Below, one piece after another: positions 28,711-39,390 of a DNA stretch of 64,000 nt; position 1 is the first letter of the stretch; each line of letters begins with the position of its first letter. The stretch lies in NCBI GenBank assembly GCA_963665125.2, contig CAXXUK010000001.1, forward strand, positions 1,664,001 through 1,728,000, given 5' to 3'. The notes beneath the pieces were generated by a model. That model saw only the letters and a program-made list of their open reading frames with translations. It searched no databases and was not told the origin of the DNA. This stretch comes from an uncultured Desulfarculus sp. Lineage in GTDB: Bacteria > Desulfobacterota > Desulfarculia > Desulfarculales > Desulfarculaceae. Both the position numbers and the translations under genes were made by a program.

Positions 28711-29319
28711 ATGGTCGAAATGAAAAACGCCAAAGTGAACCTCAAAAAAGAGCGCGGCCAGCAGACAGCCCGGCTGATCATGACCAAGGCCAGGGAACTG
28801 TTCGCCCAAAAGGGTTATGCCGGCACCTCCGCCGAGGAGATCGTCGATGCCGCCCAGGTCACGCGCGGCGCCCTGTATCACCACTTTGACGGGAAAAAAG
28901 GCCTTTTCCTGGAGATATTCAAAGAAATCCACCAGGAGGTGCTTGATCATGTGCAACAACGCACCGAGGCCGAGCCCAATTTATTCAAGAAGCAAATCAA
29001 GGGCAACGATGCCTTTCTTGAGGCGGCCAGCGATCCGTCCGTGAGGCGGATCCTGCTTATCGACGCCCCGGCCGTACTTGGCTGGGACACCTGGCGGCAA
29101 TTGGACGAGCAGTATGTTCTGGGCTCCTACAAGACCGCATTGCATGCTCTGTCTGATCTGGGGATTATCAAGCCGGTTCCGGTGGACGCCCTTGCCCATA
29201 TCATCTCCGGAGCGGCCAATGAAGGTGTCTTGTTCATCGCAGGTTCCGATGATCCCGACCGGGCGCTTAAAGAAGTCAAGGAAACCATGGCCGAACTCAT
29301 AGAGAGCCTTCGGCCATGA
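28711..29319 (+). CDS. TetR family regulator
   Basis: ARELFAQKGYAGTS.EEIV.AAQVTRGALYHHFDGK; start could be 28696 or 28720. Confidence 0.93.
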   Translation: MVEMKNAKVNLKKERGQQTARLIMTKARELFAQKGYAGTSAEEIVDAAQVTRGALYHHFDGKKGLFLEIFKEIHQEVLDHVQQRTEAEPNLFKKQIKGNDAFLEAASDPSVRRILLIDAPAVLGWDTWRQLDEQYVLGSYKTALHALSDLGIIKPVPVDALAHIISGAANEGVLFIAGSDDPDRALKEVKETMAELIESLRP

Positions 29320-29375
29320 CGAGCCCATGTCGGGGATGAAAGCGACTTAAACTCACGCCCGGCCGCACCCGCGGT

Positions 29376-29434
29376 GTTTGCCGGACGCCATATGCCTTAA
29401 CTTACCGTCTGAAACACATATGGCGTCGGCAAAC
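29376..29434. repeat. Long inverted repeat between convergent genes
   Basis: GTTTGCC(G)GACGCCATATG...CATATGGCGTCGGCAAAC. Confidence 0.6.
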
Positions 29435-29471
29435 CATCATGCCTGACCGGGGATGATCTCCGCGTGACCCC

Positions 29472-30347
29472 TCAGTCGGCTTGGCTGAAAAACTCGTTCA
29501 GCAGCGCGGCCACCTCGGCGGGTTTCTCCTCTTGGACAAAGTGGGCCGCCTCGATCTGCTCTACCCGGACGGACTCGAAACCATCCTCTATGTGGTTGAG
29601 AAACTGCGGAATTATCACGGAATCCTTGTTTCCATAGATATACAGGCTGGGCATGGGAAACTTCTTGTCGCCAAGGGTGGCCCAGTGCTCGTTGTCCTTT
29701 GACATGATGCGGTAATATGACGCTGCGGTGGCGGGAGTGTTTTCCACGCTGTAACAGCGGACATACTCGGCAATCGCTTCCGCCGGGATGGTGCCGTTGC
29801 GGCCCTCTGCGCCAAAGAAAAAACTTACCCAGGGCTTTTCCTTGCCCTTGATCATGGCCTCGGGCAAACCAGGCATCATCTGGAAATATTGGTACCAGAA
29901 ATGGATGCCGCCAAAGCTCATGATCAATTCGCGGGCCTCTTTGGTACCCTGGGGGTTGGTCACTATGTTGATGTTCATCAAGGCCATGCGTTTGATCCGC
30001 TCGGGGATCAATAGCGCCACCTCCTGGGCCACGACCCCGCCCCAGTCATGACCGACCAGGAAAAACGAATCAACTTGCAGGGAGTTGACGACCTCGATGA
30101 CATCCTTGGCCAGTTCGTGTTTTTGATAGGCGGCCACATCCATGGTGCGTTCGCTGTCCCCGAGGCCGCGCAGGTCTGGGGCGATGATTCTCAGTCCGGG
30201 ATCAAGATGCCGGGCCACGCCCTCCCAGCAGTACGAACTCTCCGGCCAACCATGCAGCATGACAACCGGAGTCCCGTTCGCATCGCCGCCAAGCCGAACA
30301 TTGAACCGGCCGCGCGGCACGGTTACCGTCGTCGTATTCATCGCCAT
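29472..30347 (-). CDS. Alpha/beta hydrolase, epoxide hydrolase / haloacid dehalogenase type
   Basis: HGWPE, DLRGLGDS, GHDWGG (Asp nucleophile), HFVQEE. Confidence 0.9.
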   Translation of the reverse strand: MAMNTTTVTVPRGRFNVRLGGDANGTPVVMLHGWPESSYCWEGVARHLDPGLRIIAPDLRGLGDSERTMDVAAYQKHELAKDVIEVVNSLQVDSFFLVGHDWGGVVAQEVALLIPERIKRMALMNINIVTNPQGTKEARELIMSFGGIHFWYQYFQMMPGLPEAMIKGKEKPWVSFFFGAEGRNGTIPAEAIAEYVRCYSVENTPATAASYYRIMSKDNEHWATLGDKKFPMPSLYIYGNKDSVIIPQFLNHIEDGFESVRVEQIEAAHFVQEEKPAEVAALLNEFFSQAD

Positions 30348-30607
30348 TTATCGCTCTCCAAAACAATATTTTTCACGTATACCTCGCCGCAAACGACGTA
30401 TTTCCGTTAAAGCCCAAGGGTTCAAGCGGGTGGTGTGTCAGTGTTGATCAGGCTCGCCAAGGCATGTCAAGGAATCTCGCCGACGGCTGAAGCCCCCTAT
30501 GAGGCGCGGTGGTGTTTATCTACAAGCTATTGATATAATTTAGTTGCTATGTTGATACCGTGGACGTGGACTTTGTGTATGTCCCCGCCAATCCGGCCCC
30601 GTGGCCC

Positions 30608-30634
30608 CGTCCCTCCCCGGCTGGGGGAGGGACG
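30608..30634 (-). terminator. Hairpin downstream of second NMO gene
   Basis: CGTCCCTCCCC-N5-GGGGAGGGACG. Confidence 0.5.
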
Positions 30635-30666
30635 AAGGTCGGGGGATTTATCAAGCTAAGTAAAGC

Positions 30667-31779
30667 CTAGAGATAACGCGTGGGGAAGCCCTGGATGATG
30701 TCCTTGGCTTCGCTGACAATGCTGTCCACCACTTCCTGGACCGTGGGCATGCTGTTGATGCGCTGGGCGCATTCGCCGCCCGCGTAAAGGGCGCGGCTTT
30801 CGTCGCCTTCATAAGTGGCGTCGATGCCCTTCTTTTCATATTCCATCAACTCGATGGCGCCCTGGCTCATGCCGTTGTCCGGAGTTCCCAAGAAAACGCC
30901 GGGGGCCTTTTCGATGGTGTTTCTCTGGTGCTCTAGGCTGGCCGGAGTCTTGATCCAGCGGGCCGGACCCACGAAGCCCCTGGCCACCAGGGTGCCCCGA
31001 TCGCCAGCGTTGACCACGCCCTGTTTCCACAGCTGGGCGAAATCACTCTCCTGGGTGGCCAGAAAGCGGGTGCCCATCTGAGCGCCGGCTCCGCCCAGGG
31101 CCAGAGCGGCGGCCAAGGTTTTACCGTCGCAATAACCGCCCGCGCCGGCAACGGGAATGCCGTAGGGTGCCATGGCCTCGGCAACAGCGGGCAGCAGGAT
31201 CATGCTGTGCACCGGTTCCCAGGAAGTATGGAAGCCGCCTTCATGGCCCGAAGCCACGATCAGGTCCACACCGGCCTTGCGGCAGCGGTCGGCGCCCTTG
31301 ACAGACGGTACGACGTGCAGCCATTTGAAGCCCGCGCCCTTGATCTTGTCGCCCCAGCCCATGGGGTCGCCGGCCGAGGTGAAAATCACCTTGAAACGGT
31401 CGTGCATTTCAGGGTTTTCGTTCCTCATCTTGATGGCCGTGTCGATGATCATGTCGGCGATGGGCTTGAGTTCGGCGGAGACCATGACGTTAACGCCGAA
31501 GATGCCGCCCTTTTCCTTGGTCTGCTCAAAGGTCTGCTGATAAATCTTGCGGAAGATCTCCTGGGGCGGGTCATCGGGCGAAGCGCCGCCGGTCTCGGCA
31601 AAGTGCTTGTAAATAGCTGGCTGGTCGTCTTTGGTGGTAATGCCGCTGGTGGACAGCAGGCCCAGGACACCGGCATTGGCCGTGGCGATGCACAGTTTGT
31701 TGTTGCTGAACGGCCCCATGCCCGCCTGGATGATGGGGTATTTGGTGCCCAACATTTTGCATAGTTCTGTATTTAACAT
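30667..31779 (-). CDS. Nitronate monooxygenase / FabK-like FMN oxidoreductase (second paralog)
   Basis: YPIIQAGMG, GHEGGFH, AGG.CDG, QMGTRF; AAGGAGG upstream. Confidence 0.9.
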   Translation of the reverse strand: MLNTELCKMLGTKYPIIQAGMGPFSNNKLCIATANAGVLGLLSTSGITTKDDQPAIYKHFAETGGASPDDPPQEIFRKIYQQTFEQTKEKGGIFGVNVMVSAELKPIADMIIDTAIKMRNENPEMHDRFKVIFTSAGDPMGWGDKIKGAGFKWLHVVPSVKGADRCRKAGVDLIVASGHEGGFHTSWEPVHSMILLPAVAEAMAPYGIPVAGAGGYCDGKTLAAALALGGAGAQMGTRFLATQESDFAQLWKQGVVNAGDRGTLVARGFVGPARWIKTPASLEHQRNTIEKAPGVFLGTPDNGMSQGAIELMEYEKKGIDATYEGDESRALYAGGECAQRINSMPTVQEVVDSIVSEAKDIIQGFPTRYL

Positions 31780-32182
31780 TGAGGATGCCTCCTTAGGTAG
31801 GTCGATGCGGGCCTTGGGGGGCCCTGCCCGTTTCTTTAATGTTGTTACGCGGTGTAAACCGAACACCCCAAAGGCACACCGCGAAAGTTGTATTTTACGC
31901 TAATAAAACCGTGGGTTGTCAAACGTAAAATCATCTGCATCTAACCCCGGCAAAGGTGCCAACTATTTGTTTTTATTTTTTATTTTATTCTTTATGAACT
32001 GTGTTCATTTCAATTATTCGTATAATGCACTGAAATTAAAAATAAAACATGTTGATTGCATTTTTTACTTTATAGTTTAAATTTATAATTTAAGCTTGAT
32101 AGCAACTTGCGGTTGGGGATATGGAGTCCACCTGCTTTTGTTTTAGAGCTAAAGGCCGTTCCGGCAAGATGGGCAGGCAAGC

Positions 32183-33115
32183 ATGACACTAAAGAATCAA
32201 TTTAAAATCAAAGAGTTGGAAATAGCCACCGGCGTTCCCCGCTCGACGATCCACCACTATGTAAACCAGGGATTATTGCACCGCCCTTTGAAAACCAGTC
32301 ATACCATGGCCTACTATGACGACACCCATATCAAACGGCTTGAGGCCATTCAAAAAGTAAAACTGGAATACCTGAAAAGGACTAAAAGTACCCGCATCCC
32401 CCTGGACTACATCAAGCACAAACTCAGCGAAACATATTCCCTGGTCAAGCCGCCAGACGACGCCCCCCAGGCTTCTCCGGACAACGCCGACCCCAAAAGA
32501 CAACAAAAGAAGGAGGCCATTATCGAAGCCACCCTCCAGCTATACGCCCACCGGGGCTACTACCTGACCAACATCCGCGACATCGTCCGGGCCGTGGGCA
32601 TCACTTCGCCCACCTTTTACCGCTATTTCAAGGACAAACGCGAGTTGTTCGTCGAAACCATCGAATACGTGGTCAGGAAGTACACAAAAGAGATAAAGGA
32701 GGCCATGAAGAACGAGAAAGACCCTACCCAGCGCTCCAAAATCATGTTCAAAATTTTTTACGCCCATTACCCGATGATGGGCGAGATCCTGAACCAGCTC
32801 CGCTCGGGAGTGATAATCGGCGACCCTTGGAGCTGTGAGCGACTGTCGCGGCTTTACCGGGAGATGATGGGAAACCTGATCAGGGAGCTTCAGGGCGGAA
32901 TGCGCAACGGCATAATCCGCAAGATCGATCCGGTTTTGATGGCCTATTTCAACCTGGCCGTAAACGAAGCGGCCATCCACCTGACTTCCATGGACAAAAG
33001 CTACAGCATTGACGTTGCAATGAGCTTTGCCGGAGAGATACTCAACAATGCGTTTTTAACCGACAAAGGCAACAAGGAATTCAATGTCTTTTACAAGTCA
33101 AGTGGGCAGGACTGA
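32183..33115 (+). CDS. MerR-HTH + TetR fusion transcriptional regulator
   Basis: KIKELE..TGVPRSTIHHYVNQGLL, then GY..T.IRDI...VGITSPTFYRYFKDK. Confidence 0.88.
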   Translation: MTLKNQFKIKELEIATGVPRSTIHHYVNQGLLHRPLKTSHTMAYYDDTHIKRLEAIQKVKLEYLKRTKSTRIPLDYIKHKLSETYSLVKPPDDAPQASPDNADPKRQQKKEAIIEATLQLYAHRGYYLTNIRDIVRAVGITSPTFYRYFKDKRELFVETIEYVVRKYTKEIKEAMKNEKDPTQRSKIMFKIFYAHYPMMGEILNQLRSGVIIGDPWSCERLSRLYREMMGNLIRELQGGMRNGIIRKIDPVLMAYFNLAVNEAAIHLTSMDKSYSIDVAMSFAGEILNNAFLTDKGNKEFNVFYKSSGQD

Positions 33116-33203
33116 CAGATCCGGCCGGCGGAAATGGCCGGGGCCGCGCCCGAGCGGCACGGCCCCGGCGGCCGAGATCCACGGCTTCACCGGATGTCAA
33201 TCG

Positions 33204-34385
33204 CTATTGCCGACAGCCGTAGACCGCGGTTTCGAATTCCAGATAGTTGGTGAAGGACACCTCATCGGCAAAAGGCAGGACCTGGGTGGTCCAAAAACCG
33301 CCGAGGCCGTTTTGCTGGTCGATCCAATAATACGAGTTGGCCAATCCGGCCCAGCCCAAGGCTCCGGCCGGCCTTCCGGTGGGGGCCTGTTCGTCGTTGA
33401 TCATAAAGCTGTAGCCCCATGACTTGGTAATTTCCGGGAAAAACTCCGCGTCATTGCACAGGCTGGGGATCGTAGTTTGTAACGGGGTGATTTTCCTGGC
33501 GCCCAAACCGTTGTCGGCCATCTGGGCCACGGTCTCGGGTTTGAGCACCCGGCCCGCCTCGCCTTGGCCCTTGTTGAGCAGCATCCGGATGAAGCGCATA
33601 TAGTCGCCAACCGTGGAATACAAGCCCTGGCCGCCCATGAACACTTCGGGCTCCTGGGGCAGTTGCAGATCCGGCAACGGCGTCAATGACCCGTCCTCGC
33701 CGCGCTGGTGCAGCACGGCCAGGCGCTCGCGCATGCCGTCGGTGATGAAAAATCCGGTGTCGTTCATGCCCAGCGGCTCGAAAATACGCTCCTTCATCAC
33801 CTGGTCCAGGCCCTTGCCGGCGATCCGTTCCACCACCTGGCCGCACCAATCCATATTGACGCCGTAGGCCCACCCTTCTCCAGGATCGAACAGCAGCGGT
33901 GAGGTGATGGAGGCCTTGCTACAGGTGATAATGCTGGGCTGGCCATGTTCCGAAAGCAGACGCAGGTAATCCTCGTTCAGGAATTCATAGCCGAATCCGG
34001 CCGTGTGCAGCATAAGCATCCTGGTGGTGATGTCGCGCTTGGGGGGGCGCAGAATCGGGTTGCCCGAAGAATCAAAGCCCTCGATCACCTTGATATCGCC
34101 CAACTCCGGGACATACTTTTTGGCCGGGACGTCCAGTTCCAGACGGCCCTCCTCCACCAGTTGCATGGCCGCGGTGCCGGTGATGGCCTTGGTGCAGGAA
34201 AATATGCAGACCACGGTGTCGGTGGTCATTGGATCTTCCTGGCCCAAGGTTCTTACTCCGGCCGCGCCCTGGTAGAGCATCTCATTGGGGTCGGTGACCA
34301 TGGCCACTACTCCCGGAACCCTGGTCTGCCCGGATGTTGCTTTGGCCAAAACCTGATCGCATCTGTTTTGCAAAGGCGTTCCCAT
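33204..34385 (-). CDS. Serine hydrolase, beta-lactamase class C-like esterase (methyl-acetate hydrolase type)
   Basis: SCTK (SxxK), [20 protein letters not shown]. Confidence 0.9.
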   Translation of the reverse strand: MGTPLQNRCDQVLAKATSGQTRVPGVVAMVTDPNEMLYQGAAGVRTLGQEDPMTTDTVVCIFSCTKAITGTAAMQLVEEGRLELDVPAKKYVPELGDIKVIEGFDSSGNPILRPPKRDITTRMLMLHTAGFGYEFLNEDYLRLLSEHGQPSIITCSKASITSPLLFDPGEGWAYGVNMDWCGQVVERIAGKGLDQVMKERIFEPLGMNDTGFFITDGMRERLAVLHQRGEDGSLTPLPDLQLPQEPEVFMGGQGLYSTVGDYMRFIRMLLNKGQGEAGRVLKPETVAQMADNGLGARKITPLQTTIPSLCNDAEFFPEITKSWGYSFMINDEQAPTGRPAGALGWAGLANSYYWIDQQNGLGGFWTTQVLPFADEVSFTNYLEFETAVYGCRQ

Positions 34386-34488
34386 ATACTCTCCTTGCTA
34401 CGGGTATACAGGCACGCTAGTCTCTGGAACGCGCCGGGCGCCGCTTCGTTTTGGCAAGAATGCTTCCGGATGGCAAAAAAGACGGATT

Positions 34489-35499
34489 TTACCGCCGGGC
34501 CATTTTGCGGGTATGGGAGGGCAATTCACCAAAGCGTTTCTTATAGGCCCTGGCGAAAATGCTGAAATTGGCATAGCCCCAGTCGGCCGCCACGTCAGAG
34601 ACGGTTCGCTGGCCCCGGCTGGCCAACAGGTCGCGCCGCACCCCTTGCAGGCGCTGCTCCCGCAAAAAGGCGTGTGTGGTGGTGTTGCGGAAGCGCCGGA
34701 AGGCGGCCGAAAGCGTGCGCACGCTGACACCCACCGCCTTGGCTATCTCCGTCAAGGTGGGGACCGAGCTTGCATAGGCTTCAATATAGCTTTCGGCCCG
34801 GCGCACATAATGGGGCGCGGCCCAGCGCGGCCCCGGCCCCAGCTCATACCGGGCATGCCCCGCCCAGTTGCGCAGCAACTCCACGCAGACCATCTGCTCC
34901 AAATGGGCCGCCACACGGCTTTCCTTGAGATCGCCGGGTATCTCGGCGATTGTCTTCAACATATAATCCAGCGAGGCCGCCCAGGCCGAACCGGGCCCGC
35001 CGAACTTCAATTTGCGCATCCACAGCCGGTCATCGGGCGCAACTCCATACCAACGCAAGGCTGTCTCGGCCAGGGTTTTGTGGGAAATGGTAAGGTTCAA
35101 CTGCAGATGGCCGCCGTCGGCATCCAGCCAATAATCGGTCTTTGAACAATCAACGACAAAGCTCTCGCCCTCGGCGGTATGGGCCCAGTTCCTACGGTCA
35201 ACGCCATGGCGCAGGCCACCCTTCAGGGTGGTCAGAACGATCACCTTTCCGGCATCCTGGTTGAAGCTGCTCAGGGCCACGGGAACGCCGTAGCGGAACC
35301 GGGTGACGGTGACGCTCCCGACCTGGGCCGAATACATGTTGGCGTCGGGCCGCGATGACCGCCCAAGGGGCTCGACATGATAGGGCATGTAGACCTTGTC
35401 GCAGAAATCGCGTATTTCGTCCCAGTCTCTTGAATGGGTGCGATTGTGATACTGAACCGGCCTGCCACTGGCGTCCACTAACAGGGCATCGTCAAACAT
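34489..35499 (-). CDS. AraC family regulator
   Basis: C-terminal double HTH (VSVRTLSAAFRR; WGYANFSIFARAYKKRFGELPS). Confidence 0.92.
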   Translation of the reverse strand: MFDDALLVDASGRPVQYHNRTHSRDWDEIRDFCDKVYMPYHVEPLGRSSRPDANMYSAQVGSVTVTRFRYGVPVALSSFNQDAGKVIVLTTLKGGLRHGVDRRNWAHTAEGESFVVDCSKTDYWLDADGGHLQLNLTISHKTLAETALRWYGVAPDDRLWMRKLKFGGPGSAWAASLDYMLKTIAEIPGDLKESRVAAHLEQMVCVELLRNWAGHARYELGPGPRWAAPHYVRRAESYIEAYASSVPTLTEIAKAVGVSVRTLSAAFRRFRNTTTHAFLREQRLQGVRRDLLASRGQRTVSDVAADWGYANFSIFARAYKKRFGELPSHTRKMARR

Positions 35500-35900
35500 A
35501 GAGCGTCATCCATTAATCGATCACCGGCCCGTCGGATCCATTTCGTCCAACAGGCCAGGACTGAAGCTTTCCTCAAAGGCGGACCGCGTTGACCGGATGG
35601 GGAAACATGGATGAGAGGATGCGGGGTCCCTACCTGACGTATTATGGCCAACCGCCGTTCACAATGTCAATATCCCAATCAATTCAACTTGTTGGGCGAT
35701 ACCCACGGTTCAATAGCAGGAAATGGTTTATTTTGTTTTTCCATGACTGGCGAGACAGGGCAGGCCACGTACTCGAACTACCGGTCCAACTAGGCTGAAT
35801 CAGGCGATGTTGGCGCGCGGGCAAATTATCCGGCGAACAACCGTTTCAGTGGAATGTGTTTACTTTGGCAACCATCAGCAAGGACTGTATTGATAAGTGC

Positions 35901-37220
35901 TCAACTCAGAGGGCCAAAGGGCAATGTGATAAACACCCGCAGGCCGCCTTCGGGCCGGTTGGCGGCCTTGATGGTCCCGCCATGGGCCAACACGGCCTTG
36001 TGGGCTATGGTCAGGCCCAATCCGAAGCCCTTGCCGTCGGCCTGGCCCCTGCCCCGCACAAACGGCTCGAACAGCGTCTCCAGGGCCTTTGGTCCCATGC
36101 CCGGCCCCTGGTCGGAAACCTCGATGACAAAATGATTGCCGGACCACTCTGGCCGCACGTCGATGCGCACGTGCTGGCCCGCCGAGCTGTGCTGCAGGGC
36201 GTTGCGCACTACGTTCTCCAAAGCCCGGCGCAGGAGCTGGGCGTTGCCTTTTACCGTGGGCCACTGCTCACAGGCCTCGGGGTCCAGATCGGCCAGCACT
36301 TCCACGTCGACAGGCTGGGCCTCGAAACGGGCGTCTGCGGCCACGGCCAGGGTCAGGCTGCCAAGATCCAGGTAGTCGTCCATCTGGGGCGTGCCGCTTT
36401 CCACCCTGGCCAGGGTGAGCACCTCGCCGACAATCTCGTCCAGGCGTCTTGTTTCCAGATCTATGCGTTCCAGGGTGGCCTCCAGGCGGGCCGGGTCCTG
36501 ATGGACCAGGCCCACGGCCAAATGCAGCCTGGCAAGGGGTGAGCGCAGCTCGTGGGATACGACGTGGAGCATGCGCTCCCGGGCGGTCATCAACTCCTGC
36601 AGGCGCATGGCCATCAGGTCAAAGGCCCGGGCCAGATCGGCCAGTTCATCCCGGCGGCGGCCCATGTGGGCCTGGAGGCGCACGCCCAGGTTGCCCAGGG
36701 CCAGTTGGGCAAAGCCGTCCCGGATGCGCTGGATGGGCTTGGTCAAATACCAGGCCAACGTGGCGCTGAAAACCAGACCGCCCAGCAGGCCGACAACCAG
36801 TAGATGCACGGGGATATGCAGGGGGCCCGGCGGCCGGAACTCCCGGCGCAGGGCCTCGACATCATATGACAGGTTGTATTGCCCGCCGTCCGGGGCCTGG
36901 GCAACGGCTCTCAGGGGCGGCAAGGCGTCGCCTTGTTGCTCGGCCGGGTTGGCCGGGGCCTGCCCTTGGCTCACCGTAAGCAGGGCCCTCTCATTTTGCG
37001 GCCACGCATTGACAAAATCCGCCACGGCGGCAGGTCCGCCGCCATGCAGCACCGCCGCCACGGCTGCTATCTGTTGTCCGGCCAGACGCTCGGCCATTCT
37101 TACATCCAGCGGTTTGTGTTGGCTGCCGTAAAGGGCGAACACTACCCACACGCCCTCGATGATGACCATGAAAGTGATCCAGAACAGGATCAGTATTTTC
37201 CAGAACAGGCGGCCGCGCAT
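35901..37220 (-). CDS. HAMP sensor histidine kinase (CpxA-like)
   Basis: SHELRSPL, ENVVRNA, DQGPG, GFGLGL. Confidence 0.93.
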   Translation of the reverse strand: MRGRLFWKILILFWITFMVIIEGVWVVFALYGSQHKPLDVRMAERLAGQQIAAVAAVLHGGGPAAVADFVNAWPQNERALLTVSQGQAPANPAEQQGDALPPLRAVAQAPDGGQYNLSYDVEALRREFRPPGPLHIPVHLLVVGLLGGLVFSATLAWYLTKPIQRIRDGFAQLALGNLGVRLQAHMGRRRDELADLARAFDLMAMRLQELMTARERMLHVVSHELRSPLARLHLAVGLVHQDPARLEATLERIDLETRRLDEIVGEVLTLARVESGTPQMDDYLDLGSLTLAVAADARFEAQPVDVEVLADLDPEACEQWPTVKGNAQLLRRALENVVRNALQHSSAGQHVRIDVRPEWSGNHFVIEVSDQGPGMGPKALETLFEPFVRGRGQADGKGFGLGLTIAHKAVLAHGGTIKAANRPEGGLRVFITLPFGPLS

Positions 37221-37222
37221 GT

Positions 37223-37930
37223 CTAGTTCTCCCTCAGGCGGTAGCCCACCCCGCGCACGGTTTCGATCTCCACCGTCTGGCCGGCGGCGGCGGCCAATTT
37301 CTGGCGCAAGTTGCTCACGTGAACATCAACGCTGCGGTCATAGGGCTCCCTTGGACGGCCCAGGGCCCTTTGGGAAAGCTCGTCCTTGGTCAATACCCGG
37401 CCTGGCTCGCGCATCAAGGCCTCCAGCAGGTTGAACTCCGTAGCGGTCAGATCCAGGTCATTGTCCCGCCAGGACACTCGGCGCTGGTCCGGCGCCAGAC
37501 GCAGGCCGCCCAAGGCCAGAGCCTGGCCATGGCTCTGCCCGCCGCCTTCGCTGCGCCGCAGCACGGCCCGCAGGCGGGCCACCAGTTCCCGGGGATAGCA
37601 GGGTTTGGGCATATAGTCGTCGGCGCCCATCTCCAGGCCCACAATGCGGTCCACGTGGTCGCCCTTAGCCGTGAGCATGATCACCGGTATGGCGCTGGTC
37701 TGCCTGATGCGGCGCAGCACCTCGATGCCGTTTAGCCGGGGCAGCATCACATCCAGAACCACCACGTCGTGCTCCCCGCTGAGAGCGGCCGTTACGCCGT
37801 CCTCGCCGTTGTAGGCCAGGCTGGTCTCGAAACCCTCGCGGTCCATGTACTCGGCAAGCATCTCGCCCAACTCGGCGTCGTCGTCCACGAGCAGGATGCG
37901 CACTTTGTCGGCGGGGCGCCGGTTTTCCAT
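37223..37930 (-). CDS. OmpR-family response regulator (CpxR-like)
   Basis: LLVDDD, LDVMLP, DRSVDVHVSNLRQKL, TVRGVGY. Confidence 0.94.
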   Translation of the reverse strand: MENRRPADKVRILLVDDDAELGEMLAEYMDREGFETSLAYNGEDGVTAALSGEHDVVVLDVMLPRLNGIEVLRRIRQTSAIPVIMLTAKGDHVDRIVGLEMGADDYMPKPCYPRELVARLRAVLRRSEGGGQSHGQALALGGLRLAPDQRRVSWRDNDLDLTATEFNLLEALMREPGRVLTKDELSQRALGRPREPYDRSVDVHVSNLRQKLAAAAGQTVEIETVRGVGYRLREN

Positions 37931-38042
37931 GATTTCCAGCCTCCAATGCGAATTGCCAGTACGGGCGGCAAACGCCTTTCCACCCTATTGTTACCCTTGC
38001 GGCAGGTCCGCATCCAGGGCCAATACGCCGGATCCCCCCATC

Positions 38043-38060
38043 TTTACACTATTTTTACAC
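38043..38060. promoter_or_regulatory. CpxR/OmpR-type direct-repeat box
   Basis: TTTACAC repeated at 11-bp period (GTAAA-N6-GTAAA on minus strand) between divergent regulator and macA. Confidence 0.7.
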
Positions 38061-38173
38061 ATGCCTAGCGCTTCCATAACCGCAACCATGCGTCTATATG
38101 GCTATAGTTCCAAGCAAGGGCGGTGTTGAAGCCCTGGAACAAAGTGAATTTCCATTAACCAATAGGATGGGCC

Positions 38174-39388
38174 ATGAAATATCTGCCGAAAAAACCACTG
38201 CACTGGCTCCTGGCCGCCGCGATCCTGGCCGTCGCGGCCGTGGCGGCGCACGCGGCCTTTTTTTCACCACCGGAACAACCGGCATTTCTCACGTCCCAGG
38301 CAACGATGGCCGACATGGAAGACTCGGTGCTGGCCACCGGCGAATTGGACGCTTTTGAGCTAGTCAGCGTGGGCGCCCAGGCCTCGGGCCAGGTCAAGTC
38401 GCTGTATGTGGCCGTGGGCGACAAGGTGACCAAGGGCCAGCTTATAGCCGAAATCGACTCGCTGACCCAGCAAAACACCCTCAAGACAGCCAAAGCCGCC
38501 CTGCGCAGCATGCACGCCCAGCTCACAGCCAAACGGGCAACCCTGCGCCAGCAGCAGGCGTCCCTGGAAAGGCAAAAGACGCTATTGAAGGGCGATGCCG
38601 GTTCAAGAGAGGACTATGAATCCGCCCTGGCCGACCGGGACGTGACCAAGGCTGAAATCATCGCCCTGGAGGCCCAGATCGAGGAGTCCGAGGTGGATGT
38701 TTCAACCGCCGAGGTCAATCTGGGCTACACCCGGATCACCGCGCCCATGGACGGGGTGGTGGTGGCCGTGATCACCAAGCAGGGCCAGACGGTCAATGCG
38801 GCCCAGAGCGCGCCAACGATCATCAAGCTGGCCCAGCTCGACACCATGACCGTCAACGCCGAGATCTCCGAGGCCGATGTGGTGCGCGTCAAAGCCGGTC
38901 AAAAGGTCTATTTCACCATCCTGGGCGAACCGGACCACCGCTACGAGGCGGCCCTGCGCACCATCAAACCGGCCCCCGAATCCATAGAAAGCGACAGCAG
39001 CTCGTCGTCCAGCAGCAGTTCGTCTTCATCCAGCTCGGCCGTCTATTACATCGGCCAGTTCGACGTACCCAACCCCGAGGGAAAGCTGCGCATCGACATG
39101 ACCGCCCAGTGCACCATTGTGCTGTCCGAGGCCAAGGGCGCGGTTTGCATCCCCTCCACGGCCCTGGGTGAGAAGGGGCCCAACGGGCAACATACCGTGC
39201 GTGTGCTGGGCAAGGACGGCAGGCCTGAAATGCGCCACGTCCAGACCGGCATCACCGACAACACCAAGGTGCAGATCGTCCAGGGCATCCAGGCCGGAGA
39301 ACGGGTCATCGTGGGCCAGGCCCTTTCGGCCGAGGAGGAGGCCCAGCAAAACACGCCGCGCCGCGGGCCGCCGCGGATGGGGTTGTAA
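38174..39388 (+). CDS. macA: MacA-type periplasmic adaptor
   Basis: [37 protein letters not shown]; poly-Ser insert. Confidence 0.9.
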   Translation: MKYLPKKPLHWLLAAAILAVAAVAAHAAFFSPPEQPAFLTSQATMADMEDSVLATGELDAFELVSVGAQASGQVKSLYVAVGDKVTKGQLIAEIDSLTQQNTLKTAKAALRSMHAQLTAKRATLRQQQASLERQKTLLKGDAGSREDYESALADRDVTKAEIIALEAQIEESEVDVSTAEVNLGYTRITAPMDGVVVAVITKQGQTVNAAQSAPTIIKLAQLDTMTVNAEISEADVVRVKAGQKVYFTILGEPDHRYEAALRTIKPAPESIESDSSSSSSSSSSSSSSAVYYIGQFDVPNPEGKLRIDMTAQCTIVLSEAKGAVCIPSTALGEKGPNGQHTVRVLGKDGRPEMRHVQTGITDNTKVQIVQGIQAGERVIVGQALSAEEEAQQNTPRRGPPRMGL

Positions 39389-39390
39389 CC

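Noticed and set aside
30500..30590. AT-rich AAGCTATTGATATAAT segment as left island boundary
   Set aside because: No tRNA-derived core or matching partner repeat seen
31870..31920. c-di-GMP-I riboswitch (GGCACAC...GAAA)
   Set aside because: Second stem and conserved downstream elements could not be formed
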